From IMG/VR virus record IMGVR_UViG_3300010372_000004, positions 10,659-74,658 of that record: a DNA stretch of 64,000 bases; one strand, written 5' to 3'. A program made the position numbers and the translations under genes. Positions within the stretch are counted from its first letter, which is position 1; each line of letters opens with the position of its first letter. Positions 56,092 to 64,000 of this stretch are shown in pieces. The notes beneath the pieces were generated by a model, which did no database searches, was not told the DNA's origin, and saw only the letters and a program-made list of their open reading frames with translations. This DNA is from a virus.

Positions 56092-57036
56092 TCAAACTAA
56101 TTTAGGTTCTTCAATAGTTTTTCCAAATTCATCAGATTCAAAAATCTCACGATATTGTTTAAAACCTTTAAAGTTACGAGATTGACCATTTTTACTTTTC
56201 ATAGCATAACCTTGATGTTCTAAAGGTGAAGCATGAATAGGCGTAGACTCAGCCAATTTCTTGAACGTATTCAATTCCTTAGCTGGTTTAGGTTCAACCC
56301 CTTCCTGTGTCAAGTAGCTTGTACGTGCACAACGAGCAGCAGATAATTTAGCTAAAAATTTAGGCTCACTCATATATTTAGCTAGTTCAGCCGAAGTAAT
56401 ATAAGGTAAATGCCACCCTAGAGCAATTTCACGATGTGAATTAGAAATCATTCTTGGCTTAGACTCAGCTAAAGCTTTTTGCATCATGTACGCCAAAGCA
56501 ATAATTTCAGGCTGTGCATCATCATGTAAACGTAAGTCAAAGTAATTGTCAAAAGAAGAACTGGTCACAACTTGACGAATATACGTGTGTGGTTCCAACA
56601 AGCGGTTAGCCCATTGCTTATGCAGACCCCTTTTATGTAAAAACTTTACTGTTCCAAAAGTTACTACACGATGAATATACCAAGCGAGATGACAGAGTTT
56701 TGCCTTCCATTTTGGTAGTTCTTCTGCAGACTGCATTCCTGATTTATTCGCACCCCAGAATAAAGGAACCACTGGTGTACCACGTAACTCTTTAAGCATA
56801 CGAAGTAAAGGAATAGCACGACTTGAGCCTGTGTTACGTGAAAAAATACGATGTGTATTTTGTTCCGCTAGAATGTAACGGGGAAAGAATAATTCAAAAG
56901 TGGTCAGCACCGCACCTGTTTCCAAGCACTTAGAAAACTCAATCACTTTTGCGTACATAGGCATCATTGAACCAAACTGGTCAACATGTGCCTTAATACG
57001 TTCTACATTAATAGATTTATTTTGATTGTTTTGCAT
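56092..57036 (-). CDS. thyX: FAD-dependent thymidylate synthase
   Basis: ILAEQNTHRIFSRNTGSSRAIP, HKQWANRLLEP, LR....AQPEI, HASPLEH. Confidence 0.9.
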   Translation of the reverse strand: MQNNQNKSINVERIKAHVDQFGSMMPMYAKVIEFSKCLETGAVLTTFELFFPRYILAEQNTHRIFSRNTGSSRAIPLLRMLKELRGTPVVPLFWGANKSGMQSAEELPKWKAKLCHLAWYIHRVVTFGTVKFLHKRGLHKQWANRLLEPHTYIRQVVTSSSFDNYFDLRLHDDAQPEIIALAYMMQKALAESKPRMISNSHREIALGWHLPYITSAELAKYMSEPKFLAKLSAARCARTSYLTQEGVEPKPAKELNTFKKLAESTPIHASPLEHQGYAMKSKNGQSRNFKGFKQYREIFESDEFGKTIEEPKLV

Positions 57037-57764
57037 TATGCACGTGTTCCAGCAAGTTTATTTAGGTGATTACGAAGGTCTTCTAAATTAATATCATTTA
57101 GAGAAGTGTCTTTACCTAATTCACAAATACTTTGCACAAAGGCTTCAGCAACAGCTGGTGTAATCATTGTGCCTAAACCAGTTAGGTTTTCTGAGGTTTC
57201 AATCACAACATCTGGAATTGGCTCAAATGCTGCATCAATGAAGTTAACTGATTTCACAAATTTATTTGGAGCATAGTGATTGCCTTTAACATCCCATTGA
57301 TCTTTATTAATACAGACCACTGGGTATAAATAACCTTGAAATTCAGGTAAATCTAAATAAATAGTTTTAATTTCTGTTTCAATACCTAAGTCAGTGTATT
57401 TATCAACAGTAGCGTAGGCTTCTTCAATTGTTTGAGGAATACGTGTCATGTTGTAGGCACACATTGTTTTAAAGTCATCATCAAGGTTAATACCTTCAAT
57501 GTGACCTTGTTGACCAAAAGCGAGTAAAACAATATCACAAACAGCGTCACGGACACCGTCTAGGTCTCCTGCTGCTGCAGCCAATTTTCCTTCTTCTAAT
57601 TCAGATTCAATCAAGTTAAATTGGTTGATAATTGTTTGAGCTAAAGGTGTTTTAACTGGTGTACGCCCAGCACGTAGGTTGATAAATTTAGAAAGATAGG
57701 CAGCACCCATACCTTTGATTAAACTTAAATTTTCTGAAAAATTGACAGGCAGTTGTTTATACAT
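57036..57764 (-). CDS. MazG / PRA-PH-like nucleotide pyrophosphohydrolase
   Basis: LIESELEE...VRDAVCDI (ExxE...DxxxD), 'NMTR', 'KFVKS'. Confidence 0.75.
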   Translation of the reverse strand: MYKQLPVNFSENLSLIKGMGAAYLSKFINLRAGRTPVKTPLAQTIINQFNLIESELEEGKLAAAAGDLDGVRDAVCDIVLLAFGQQGHIEGINLDDDFKTMCAYNMTRIPQTIEEAYATVDKYTDLGIETEIKTIYLDLPEFQGYLYPVVCINKDQWDVKGNHYAPNKFVKSVNFIDAAFEPIPDVVIETSENLTGLGTMITPAVAEAFVQSICELGKDTSLNDINLEDLRNHLNKLAGTRA

Positions 57765-57805
57765 GGTTTAGTCCTCAGACATGATTAATAAATTTAGGTT
57801 AAAGA

Positions 57806-57830
57806 AAACACCACTTAAAAAGTGGTGTTT
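57806..57830 (-). terminator. Intrinsic terminator
   Basis: AAACACCACTT-aaa-AAGTGGTGTTT. Confidence 0.75.
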
Positions 57831-57842
57831 AGTTTTGTTAGG

Positions 57843-58310
57843 TTAATCAGTTAATTCTACTTTGTCAAATAAAATAAACTCAGATTGTTGAAGCCCATAG
57901 CTTCCGTCGTTCTTTTGAAGTAACCCAGTGACTATCCACTCTAAGACTGAAGCATTTTGTGTTGTTATTAAAGGTTTTAGTTTAATTTGAACTACCTTTA
58001 TTTTCTTCCCTGCAGCTTTTTCAGGAATGTTTTTAGTGTGGTAATAGTGTCTAGGGACAAACCCTTTATTCACTAAATCCACTATATTGTTTCGATAACT
58101 GTCAGGAGAATTATCGAAAACACGAGCCATTTTTGGGTTTAAAACAATAGTTAATTCTTGACCAAGTAAATGTTTTGGTGCAAATGAATCAATATCCGTT
58201 TCCAATTGTTTTATATCAGACTCTTTCCCAACTATTTCTGCTTTTAATTCAGAAATTTCTGATAATCGTGACTTTACTTCTTTTAGTAATGAAATCAATG
58301 TGTTAGACAT
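57843..58310 (-). CDS. Hypothetical protein with an N-terminal coiled coil
   Basis: 155 aa. Confidence 0.6.
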   Translation of the reverse strand: MSNTLISLLKEVKSRLSEISELKAEIVGKESDIKQLETDIDSFAPKHLLGQELTIVLNPKMARVFDNSPDSYRNNIVDLVNKGFVPRHYYHTKNIPEKAAGKKIKVVQIKLKPLITTQNASVLEWIVTGLLQKNDGSYGLQQSEFILFDKVELTD

Positions 58311-58311
58311 T

Positions 58312-58731
58312 TTAATCTTCTCGCTGTGATTTGTTGAACATAGGGTAAATTAATGAAACGCTTTCAGGAATAACACCACCCCCTTCTGGGTGAGGGTCAT
58401 GAGCTAAACCATGTTTTGTGTAAATCACAGCATGACTATAGCCACGTGGGGATTTACCTCCAACTAAGAAATAACCTTCAATCATCCCAATAGTTTCCAA
58501 AACATTATCGGAATCACCTAAATGAATCATTCCAAAATTATTTTGATTTAACCATTGGTGTACGTTATTCCAAAAAATATTAACCCCTTCTGGGTCAGTT
58601 TGAGAACAACCATCTGGTGTTCCTATATGAAAATCCATTACTTGATTAATATTTAATTCAAGTAGTGAAGCAATACATGCTGTTAAGCAATTACCTTTTG
58701 AACCAAATTCGGTTTGCATTACTGGTTTCAT
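58312..58731 (-). CDS. Papain/C39-like peptidase-fold protein
   Basis: Q......GNC..ACIASLL (Cys), SHAVIY (His), HDP (Asp). Confidence 0.6.
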   Translation of the reverse strand: MKPVMQTEFGSKGNCLTACIASLLELNINQVMDFHIGTPDGCSQTDPEGVNIFWNNVHQWLNQNNFGMIHLGDSDNVLETIGMIEGYFLVGGKSPRGYSHAVIYTKHGLAHDPHPEGGGVIPESVSLIYPMFNKSQRED

Positions 58732-58740
58732 TGTGACTCC

Positions 58741-60894
58741 TTAAACCTCAATAAAATTACTTACACGTTCAACTTCCAAATCACGATGACTGATCAAAAT
58801 GATTTGTTTCATTGAACCCTTTAACATGTCGTACAGAGCATCCAGTACGTTTTGACCACGTTCGTTACGCATAGAAGCATCTACTTCGTCAGCCATAAAA
58901 ATAGGAAAAACATGGTTAGTTAATACCTGACCTAAAGCCATTCGTAAACTTAAATGACCTAAAGCACGACCTGAGATAGATAAAGCTTCAATAGGTTCGT
59001 TGTTCACTAAAATATCCATGTTATCTGTCAATTCAACCTTATTATGTTTACCCTCAGACATACGAACCATCCATTGGGTAGCCACAGAGTTTACACTCGG
59101 TAAAATAGCGGTTTTAATTTGTTGCTTATATTCATTCAAAGCAGCAATATTTAATTGTTCAAGATCAACATCAGCCTTGGCTTTAGCATATTGTTTAGCC
59201 CAGTTTTCGTACTTTTCAAGATCAGAATCATAATCTGACCATTGTTTTTTATTTGCTTCATATTTAGCAATATCAGCAACCAATTGGTCGATCTCAAGTT
59301 TCCACTGATCAAGCTGGTCATCACCAACGAATGGTTCTAGCGAATCCTTGGTGTTTTTCCACTGCTCAATTTCACGTTGATTATCTTGCCACTTTTTAAA
59401 ATTTAAAATAGCCTGACGGTGTGCTTCGATTTGACTCGGCGCATACCAATCTGCATATTGTTCAATTTCTTTTTCACGAACTTTAAAGTAATCAGTAAGT
59501 TTGGTGTATTCACTTTTCCAAGAATCGTGAGCAGCTTTAGACTTTTCATAAGTCGAAATCGCACTAGACACTTCACTATGTTTTTTAAGCTGTTCTTCTG
59601 TGTACCAATTAGTATTTAATTGATCTAATTCAGCTTCTAATTTTGCCTTATCAGAAGTCAATTTTTCACGTTCAGCTTCACGTTTATCCACAATTTCATT
59701 ATGTGCTTTCATTGAAGCACTTGAGATGGAAACTGAACTCACTTCTTCTGGTACATGACTATAGTGTTCAGCTAAAGCATCTTGAGCCAAGAAAACTTCT
59801 TTACCACAATGGTTACAATTGATAAAACCATTTGATTTTAATTTATTAACTGCTAACCAGTCTGAGTATAAATTTTCCTGATCTTCTGTCTCCTTAATTT
59901 TTTCTAATGAATATCGCTGTTGCACATCAGGAATAGAAAAAAGCTTATCCTTTGTAAAGGCTAAGGCAGAGACTAGACTTTGACGATCACCACGTTTTTT
60001 AATGATCTCAGCTTCTGTCAAACCTTCAATAAACCCTTCACGACTAGGTTCTGGCAAAAGCTCTGGCTCAACCATACTTTCAAACTGTTGACGAGTTTTC
60101 ACCAATTCGCCATTCAAAAAATTAATCTGAGTCTGAGTCTCAGCAATTTTTTGTTCAGTCAAACCATCAATAAAACCAGAAACATCCCCCTGTTCAATTT
60201 CAACAGGTTTATTTTCTTCTAATTTTTGATGTTGAGTTCGCAAAGATTCTTGAACAGCAATATTCTTTTTAAGCTCATTATTAATTTTATGGTGGCAACC
60301 ATCAATTAATTCTTGAACATTCGGGATTCTGTCTTCTGCAACATTGGTTGGTTGAGAAACTTCCGTGATCTGAATATTACTTTTAATTCGATTAAGCATA
60401 GTCAGTTCATTTTTATGTTCAGCAATCACAGCTTCTACTGCAGTTAAACCAACCACGTTATCAATAGTTCGCTTACGTTCAGCTGGCTTTAATGTAGACA
60501 AGTAGTTAATTGAATCTTGTGAACTATAGTTAGAAACCATAAATACATTTCGGCTATAACCTAGTATTTTCCTAATTTCAGCATCAACTGGTTTAATTCC
60601 CGATGCAATGATTTGTTCGTCACTGCAGCGAATGAGTTGTGCTTTTTTAATGGTTCGCTCAACACGATAAGTATCACCGTTAATGGTAAAAGAAGCATCC
60701 ACCCCAAGATTAGAATTATACATTCCAACAGGAAGACGGAGAGCCACATTACCATGTAGAGCAAAGTCAATAGCTTCAAGAATAAGACTTTTACCAGCTT
60801 CATTTTCACCTCTGATAAGATTAAGACCTTCTGTAAAATTGAAGGTCTTATTGTGATGTTTGTACCAATTTTTCATTAGAACAGAGTGAATCAT
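58741..60894 (-). CDS. SbcC/Rad50-like SMC ATPase (T4 gp46, T5 D13 type)
   Basis: GENEAGKS, Q-loop, CNHC zinc hook, signature LSISG, DEVD, ISH. Confidence 0.92.
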   Translation of the reverse strand: MIHSVLMKNWYKHHNKTFNFTEGLNLIRGENEAGKSLILEAIDFALHGNVALRLPVGMYNSNLGVDASFTINGDTYRVERTIKKAQLIRCSDEQIIASGIKPVDAEIRKILGYSRNVFMVSNYSSQDSINYLSTLKPAERKRTIDNVVGLTAVEAVIAEHKNELTMLNRIKSNIQITEVSQPTNVAEDRIPNVQELIDGCHHKINNELKKNIAVQESLRTQHQKLEENKPVEIEQGDVSGFIDGLTEQKIAETQTQINFLNGELVKTRQQFESMVEPELLPEPSREGFIEGLTEAEIIKKRGDRQSLVSALAFTKDKLFSIPDVQQRYSLEKIKETEDQENLYSDWLAVNKLKSNGFINCNHCGKEVFLAQDALAEHYSHVPEEVSSVSISSASMKAHNEIVDKREAEREKLTSDKAKLEAELDQLNTNWYTEEQLKKHSEVSSAISTYEKSKAAHDSWKSEYTKLTDYFKVREKEIEQYADWYAPSQIEAHRQAILNFKKWQDNQREIEQWKNTKDSLEPFVGDDQLDQWKLEIDQLVADIAKYEANKKQWSDYDSDLEKYENWAKQYAKAKADVDLEQLNIAALNEYKQQIKTAILPSVNSVATQWMVRMSEGKHNKVELTDNMDILVNNEPIEALSISGRALGHLSLRMALGQVLTNHVFPIFMADEVDASMRNERGQNVLDALYDMLKGSMKQIILISHRDLEVERVSNFIEV

Positions 60895-61925
60895 TCCTCA
60901 ACCCCTTTCTCTTTAATTTCTGACCATAGTTGCTTGGACATGTCATCCAGTAAACCCACACGTTTTGCTGAAGCGTCCCAAATTGACTTTGCATCGTATG
61001 ACTCAATCACCACTTGGTCTATATCTTCAATTTCTAAATTGTTTTCAACCCGATTCACTTGCAGACTAATACAATCTACTTCTGGTAGACCTTCAATGTC
61101 GTCTGTGTAAATTCGAACGTGTTTGTCCTTTAGATTTTCTAATCCAAAGGTCAGCATTTCATCTAAACTTTTAAAAGTGATGAAATGGTTACATTCAGGG
61201 TCTTCTGCATGTGTATAAGGCAGCATTGAACCAGTGCCGATAACCTGTAGACCTTTATCATGAAATTGATATGGTTTGTGCTCATGTCCAGACACGACAC
61301 ATTCCACACCTTTTTCAATCAAAAAGTCATAAGGGATTACGTTGGAGTCGTCACCATAGCTAACCCGATCAAGATGACACACAACCATTCGGATTTTGTT
61401 AAACCCTGCTTCCAGTGCTTGAACATAAGATACGGCAACACTGTCATGGATATTCCATCCAACAAAAAGGATTTGTGAACCATCTTCAAGTGTATGCACC
61501 AACCATCGTTTAATGAACTTAACGGTAGTTGATTCTTCAAAAAACTTAGCCAGTAAGTCCCAAGAAGTAGGTTCTGTAATAGACTTACTATCATCATGAT
61601 TTCCAGATAAGATAAATAGTGGTTCTATATTATCATTTTCATAGTCTTTAAGTAGTTGATATGACTTTAAAACATCATTAATAGACACCACAGACTTATC
61701 AAACCAGTCCCCTGCTTGGCAGCGAATAAATTCAGCAACATTATTAGGTTTAAAAGTTAATTTTTCAGTTAAAACTTGATACTGTAAAGCTTCATATTCA
61801 CCTCTACGAGTAAGTAACACATTGTTTTTAAAGGTTTTTCCTAAATGCGTATCACCAATGAATTGAAGCTCTGCACCATGAAAGTTTATTACAGGGTTAC
61901 GCTCAAGCATGGTCATCCCCTTCAA
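60891..61925 (-). CDS. SbcD/Mre11-like nuclease
   Basis: GDTHLG, GDWFD, GNHD, GHEH metallophosphoesterase motifs. Confidence 0.92.
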   Translation of the reverse strand: MKGMTMLERNPVINFHGAELQFIGDTHLGKTFKNNVLLTRRGEYEALQYQVLTEKLTFKPNNVAEFIRCQAGDWFDKSVVSINDVLKSYQLLKDYENDNIEPLFILSGNHDDSKSITEPTSWDLLAKFFEESTTVKFIKRWLVHTLEDGSQILFVGWNIHDSVAVSYVQALEAGFNKIRMVVCHLDRVSYGDDSNVIPYDFLIEKGVECVVSGHEHKPYQFHDKGLQVIGTGSMLPYTHAEDPECNHFITFKSLDEMLTFGLENLKDKHVRIYTDDIEGLPEVDCISLQVNRVENNLEIEDIDQVVIESYDAKSIWDASAKRVGLLDDMSKQLWSEIKEKGVEE

Positions 61926-62127
61926 CTGGTTTTACTTTTTGACCTTCTGAGAAACCTAGTTTGAAAATATCAAAAACAATTTCATTATACATATCAACAT
62001 AATTGTCTGTTTTTGGGTTCACACTAAAATTATGTGGGTTCGCCAATTGGAATACGTTTTCTACAGAACCTTGTTTAAGTTTTTCTTCAAGTATTTCACG
62101 TAGTTCAGCATTTGTTAATGTAGACAT
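61903..62127 (-). CDS. Hypothetical protein
   Basis: SD AAGGA. Confidence 0.6.
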   Translation of the reverse strand: MSTLTNAELREILEEKLKQGSVENVFQLANPHNFSVNPKTDNYVDMYNEIVFDIFKLGFSEGQKVKPVEGDDHA

Positions 62128-62150
62128 TTTTGGTTCCTTAAATTTGGGTG

Positions 62151-62228
62151 TAAAAAACGAGTAACCTAAAAAGGTTACTCGTAGAATTTCTTGTCGGGTA
62201 AATTCTTATCTTCAAAAGTACCCGACAA
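62151..62228 (-). terminator. Two hairpins after groES; the second is terminator-like
   Basis: TTGTCGGGTA/TACCCGACAA (62191-62228) and ACGAGTAACCT/AGGTTACTCGT plus T6 (62157-62182). Confidence 0.75.
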
Positions 62229-62247
62229 TATTTTTTGTGTCAACCAT

Positions 62248-62541
62248 TTATTCTATAATCGCTAAAATATCTGGTTCTTTAATTAAAAGATACTCTTTAC
62301 CTTCATGATTTATTTTTGCACCAGCGTATTGCCCAAAAGTAACCAAATCGTTTACCTGAACAGTAAACTGGTGTTGATCTGAGCCAAGGGCTAATACACG
62401 CCCAGTCTGTGGCTTATCCTGAGCCGAAGCCACTAAAACAATACCGCCTTTAGTTGTATCTTCAACATCCTCAAGAACAACCAAAACACGATTACCCATT
62501 GGGCGTAATAAAACATCAGGTGTGGTTTTTGTAGAGTCCAT
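62248..62541 (-). CDS. groES: Co-chaperonin GroES
   Basis: LRPMGNRVLV, TTKGGIVL mobile loop, G.VLALG, YAG, DILAII. Confidence 0.93.
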   Translation of the reverse strand: MDSTKTTPDVLLRPMGNRVLVVLEDVEDTTKGGIVLVASAQDKPQTGRVLALGSDQHQFTVQVNDLVTFGQYAGAKINHEGKEYLLIKEPDILAIIE

Positions 62542-62543
62542 GA

Positions 62544-63305
62544 TTAATCCTTACGACTTAAAGTTTCTTTAATACCTTGTTCACTTACATAGTAACCTAG
62601 ATTATCTATGCTTTCTTTCAACCAATCGAGCTGAAAAATACAGTCTGCAGAAGCGTTATGTGCATCTTTTCGACCTTTATGAGCCTTCTTAACTTTTTCA
62701 AAAGCAGCCCAATAACTTTCCACTGCAATATGTTGAGTCATGTGATAGTGATTCAACACATAATGGGTGTTTTTCAATGCCGATGTAATGTAGCTGGCAA
62801 CATCTACAACTTTACGAAAATGAAATGGGCTAGGCACATTACTTTCAACAAACAAACCATCAATAAAAGGGTAATCGAATGCTGTAGGTTTAGCCCAAAA
62901 CACAGACTCAGCAAATTTATTATCCACTCTACAATGTTGGCTTATCCAATCTGAAAAAAGATTTAATTGATCTTTTAAAGGTGGTGCTTTACTTACACCC
63001 CCAAACACAATCGGAGCCACTGCTTCTTTATCTTTCGATTGCCACCATTTTACTGTACCAGCATCTGCTTGACGACCCAAAACCATTTGGTCAGCTAAAG
63101 GTAAAAAACATTCAAAAGCAATAACTTTACCTTCTGCATCCACCTCTGGTTCAAATGTGTCTGGGTTAAATAACACAGCAGCAATTTGAAGAACATGGTG
63201 TTTATTTGGTAATGTCCCTAATGTTTCACAATCGACCATGAAGTGTCGATAATGTTTTTCAGTAATAGTCATGTAATGCTCCTGTTGTCCAAGGGTATTG
63301 TTCAA
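62544..63305 (-). CDS. DEDDh 3'-5' exonuclease (start probably MTITE, 63272)
   Basis: MVDCETLGT, FD, HNASAD. Confidence 0.88.
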   Translation of the reverse strand: MNNTLGQQEHYMTITEKHYRHFMVDCETLGTLPNKHHVLQIAAVLFNPDTFEPEVDAEGKVIAFECFLPLADQMVLGRQADAGTVKWWQSKDKEAVAPIVFGGVSKAPPLKDQLNLFSDWISQHCRVDNKFAESVFWAKPTAFDYPFIDGLFVESNVPSPFHFRKVVDVASYITSALKNTHYVLNHYHMTQHIAVESYWAAFEKVKKAHKGRKDAHNASADCIFQLDWLKESIDNLGYYVSEQGIKETLSRKD

Positions 63306-63708
63306 TGATTTCCATTGAGATTGATTTTTTCCCAGCGTTGATGCAACTTAAAATTTCAATTGCTGGAACTAAAAATATTTTCTCTGTGCTCAATATATGA
63401 AAGACCACATAGTAAGGTTGCTTTAATTGTGCTGCCCTAACCATTCCCTGCAGTTGACCTTTTCTAAAAGAACTCGAAAATGAAAAACTACTCTTTGGTT
63501 TTTCAGTCTCTTTACATTCAAGATAAAAAATTGCCGATTTTTGGTTAGAAATATCCCGACTCAAGATTACGATAAAATCACTTGGTCGGGTATCTTCATA
63601 CTTTCCAGTGTCATATTTGTCAGGTAGTCTTTGAATATCGACTGCTGTTCTATAGCACTGGCGAAGCATTTGAGTTGTTTTTAACTCTGTGGCTTTACCA
63701 CTAGACAT
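63259..63708 (-). CDS. PD-(D/E)xK nuclease, RecU-like Holliday junction resolvase
   Basis: RLPD, PSDF, LECKET, Q motif. Confidence 0.75.
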   Translation of the reverse strand: MSSGKATELKTTQMLRQCYRTAVDIQRLPDKYDTGKYEDTRPSDFIVILSRDISNQKSAIFYLECKETEKPKSSFSFSSSFRKGQLQGMVRAAQLKQPYYVVFHILSTEKIFLVPAIEILSCINAGKKSISMEIIEQYPWTTGALHDYY

Positions 63709-63719
63709 GAAATCTCCTT

Positions 63720-63935
63720 TTAATAGACTCGTTGGGCTTGCGCTTTAACTCGTTTTTCATAATCTTCACGGCAATCCATATCGCAAAATAATTGTTCTGG
63801 TTGAAGTTTTTCATCACAGTTTAAACAAAAACCTGTAGGTTGAACTCTTACATTTTGCTTACGCACGTTATTCATGGCTTGTTGGAAATGCAATTCTATT
63901 GTTTGCTGTTCCAAATCATCTTCACGTTCACTCAT
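63720..63935 (-). CDS. TraR/DksA-like C4 zinc-finger protein (start revised to MSERED)
   Basis: Acidic N-terminal helix, then GFCLNC...FCDMDC. Confidence 0.65.
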   Translation of the reverse strand: MSEREDDLEQQTIELHFQQAMNNVRKQNVRVQPTGFCLNCDEKLQPEQLFCDMDCREDYEKRVKAQAQRVY

Positions 63936-64000
63936 TACTTTATCCAAAAGGGTTATAAAGGTTGTAAAAAGGTTGTAAAAAACCCACACAAATTAATGTG

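Noticed and set aside
55701-57764. Base-modification pathway (dZ, 7-deazaguanine, hmdU)
   Set aside because: Only generic enzymes (ThyX, MazG-like, RNR) are seen; no PurZ, Que/DpdA, hydroxymethylase or glycosyltransferase motifs in this window.
1748-62954. Many short shadow ORFs (e.g. 2188-2394, 4080-4463, 32266-32736, 34806-35237, 42553-43017, 53737-54102)
   Set aside because: Antisense or alternate-frame to well-supported genes, without RBS or motifs; expected by-products of codon bias.
1-64000. Prophage or temperate lifestyle
   Set aside because: No integrase, partition genes, clear repressor switch or host genes in the window; it cannot be excluded for sequence outside it.

Overview
This window is about 64 kb of an AT-rich, apparently lytic dsDNA siphophage genome; neither window edge looks like a genome end. 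The likely host is Acinetobacter, inferred from the tail-fibre N-terminal motif 'YVTYAAMDADKANI...VTVFNDPDPSNNGEW' in the truncated ORF at 1-659. Layout: (i) 1-24066, minus strand: tail fibre (partial), 5'-3' exonuclease, GIY-YIG homing endonuclease, putative SSB, SF2 helicase, YfdP/YfdQ-like pair and about 35 small early genes; (ii) 21480-24900, largely non-coding: a G/T-skewed hairpin tract, a dyad-symmetric iteron array (probable origin), a palindrome-flanked lone gene, a ~470-nt highly structured element and a probable cos/packaging site; (iii) 25766-29028, minus strand: primase-helicase and a possible small terminase; (iv) 29305-52480, plus strand: morphogenesis operon (GpA-type TerL, portal, protease/scaffold, decoration, capsid, neck, tail tube, frameshifted chaperone, tape measure with a lytic transglycosylase domain, lambda M/L/K/I/J-like tip); (v) 52531-64000, minus strand: nrdAB, thyX, MazG-like, SbcCD-like, groES, DEDDh exonuclease, resolvase, TraR-like. 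I saw no integrase, tRNA, CRISPR array, DNA polymerase or lysis cassette. The most unusual signals are non-coding: the structured module at the predicted first-ejected end, a family of start-associated hairpins with compensatory base changes, RBS-occluding hairpins (one with a nested promoter), and an origin iteron copied upstream of the terminase. All calls come from reading motifs by eye; no database search or folding program was run.
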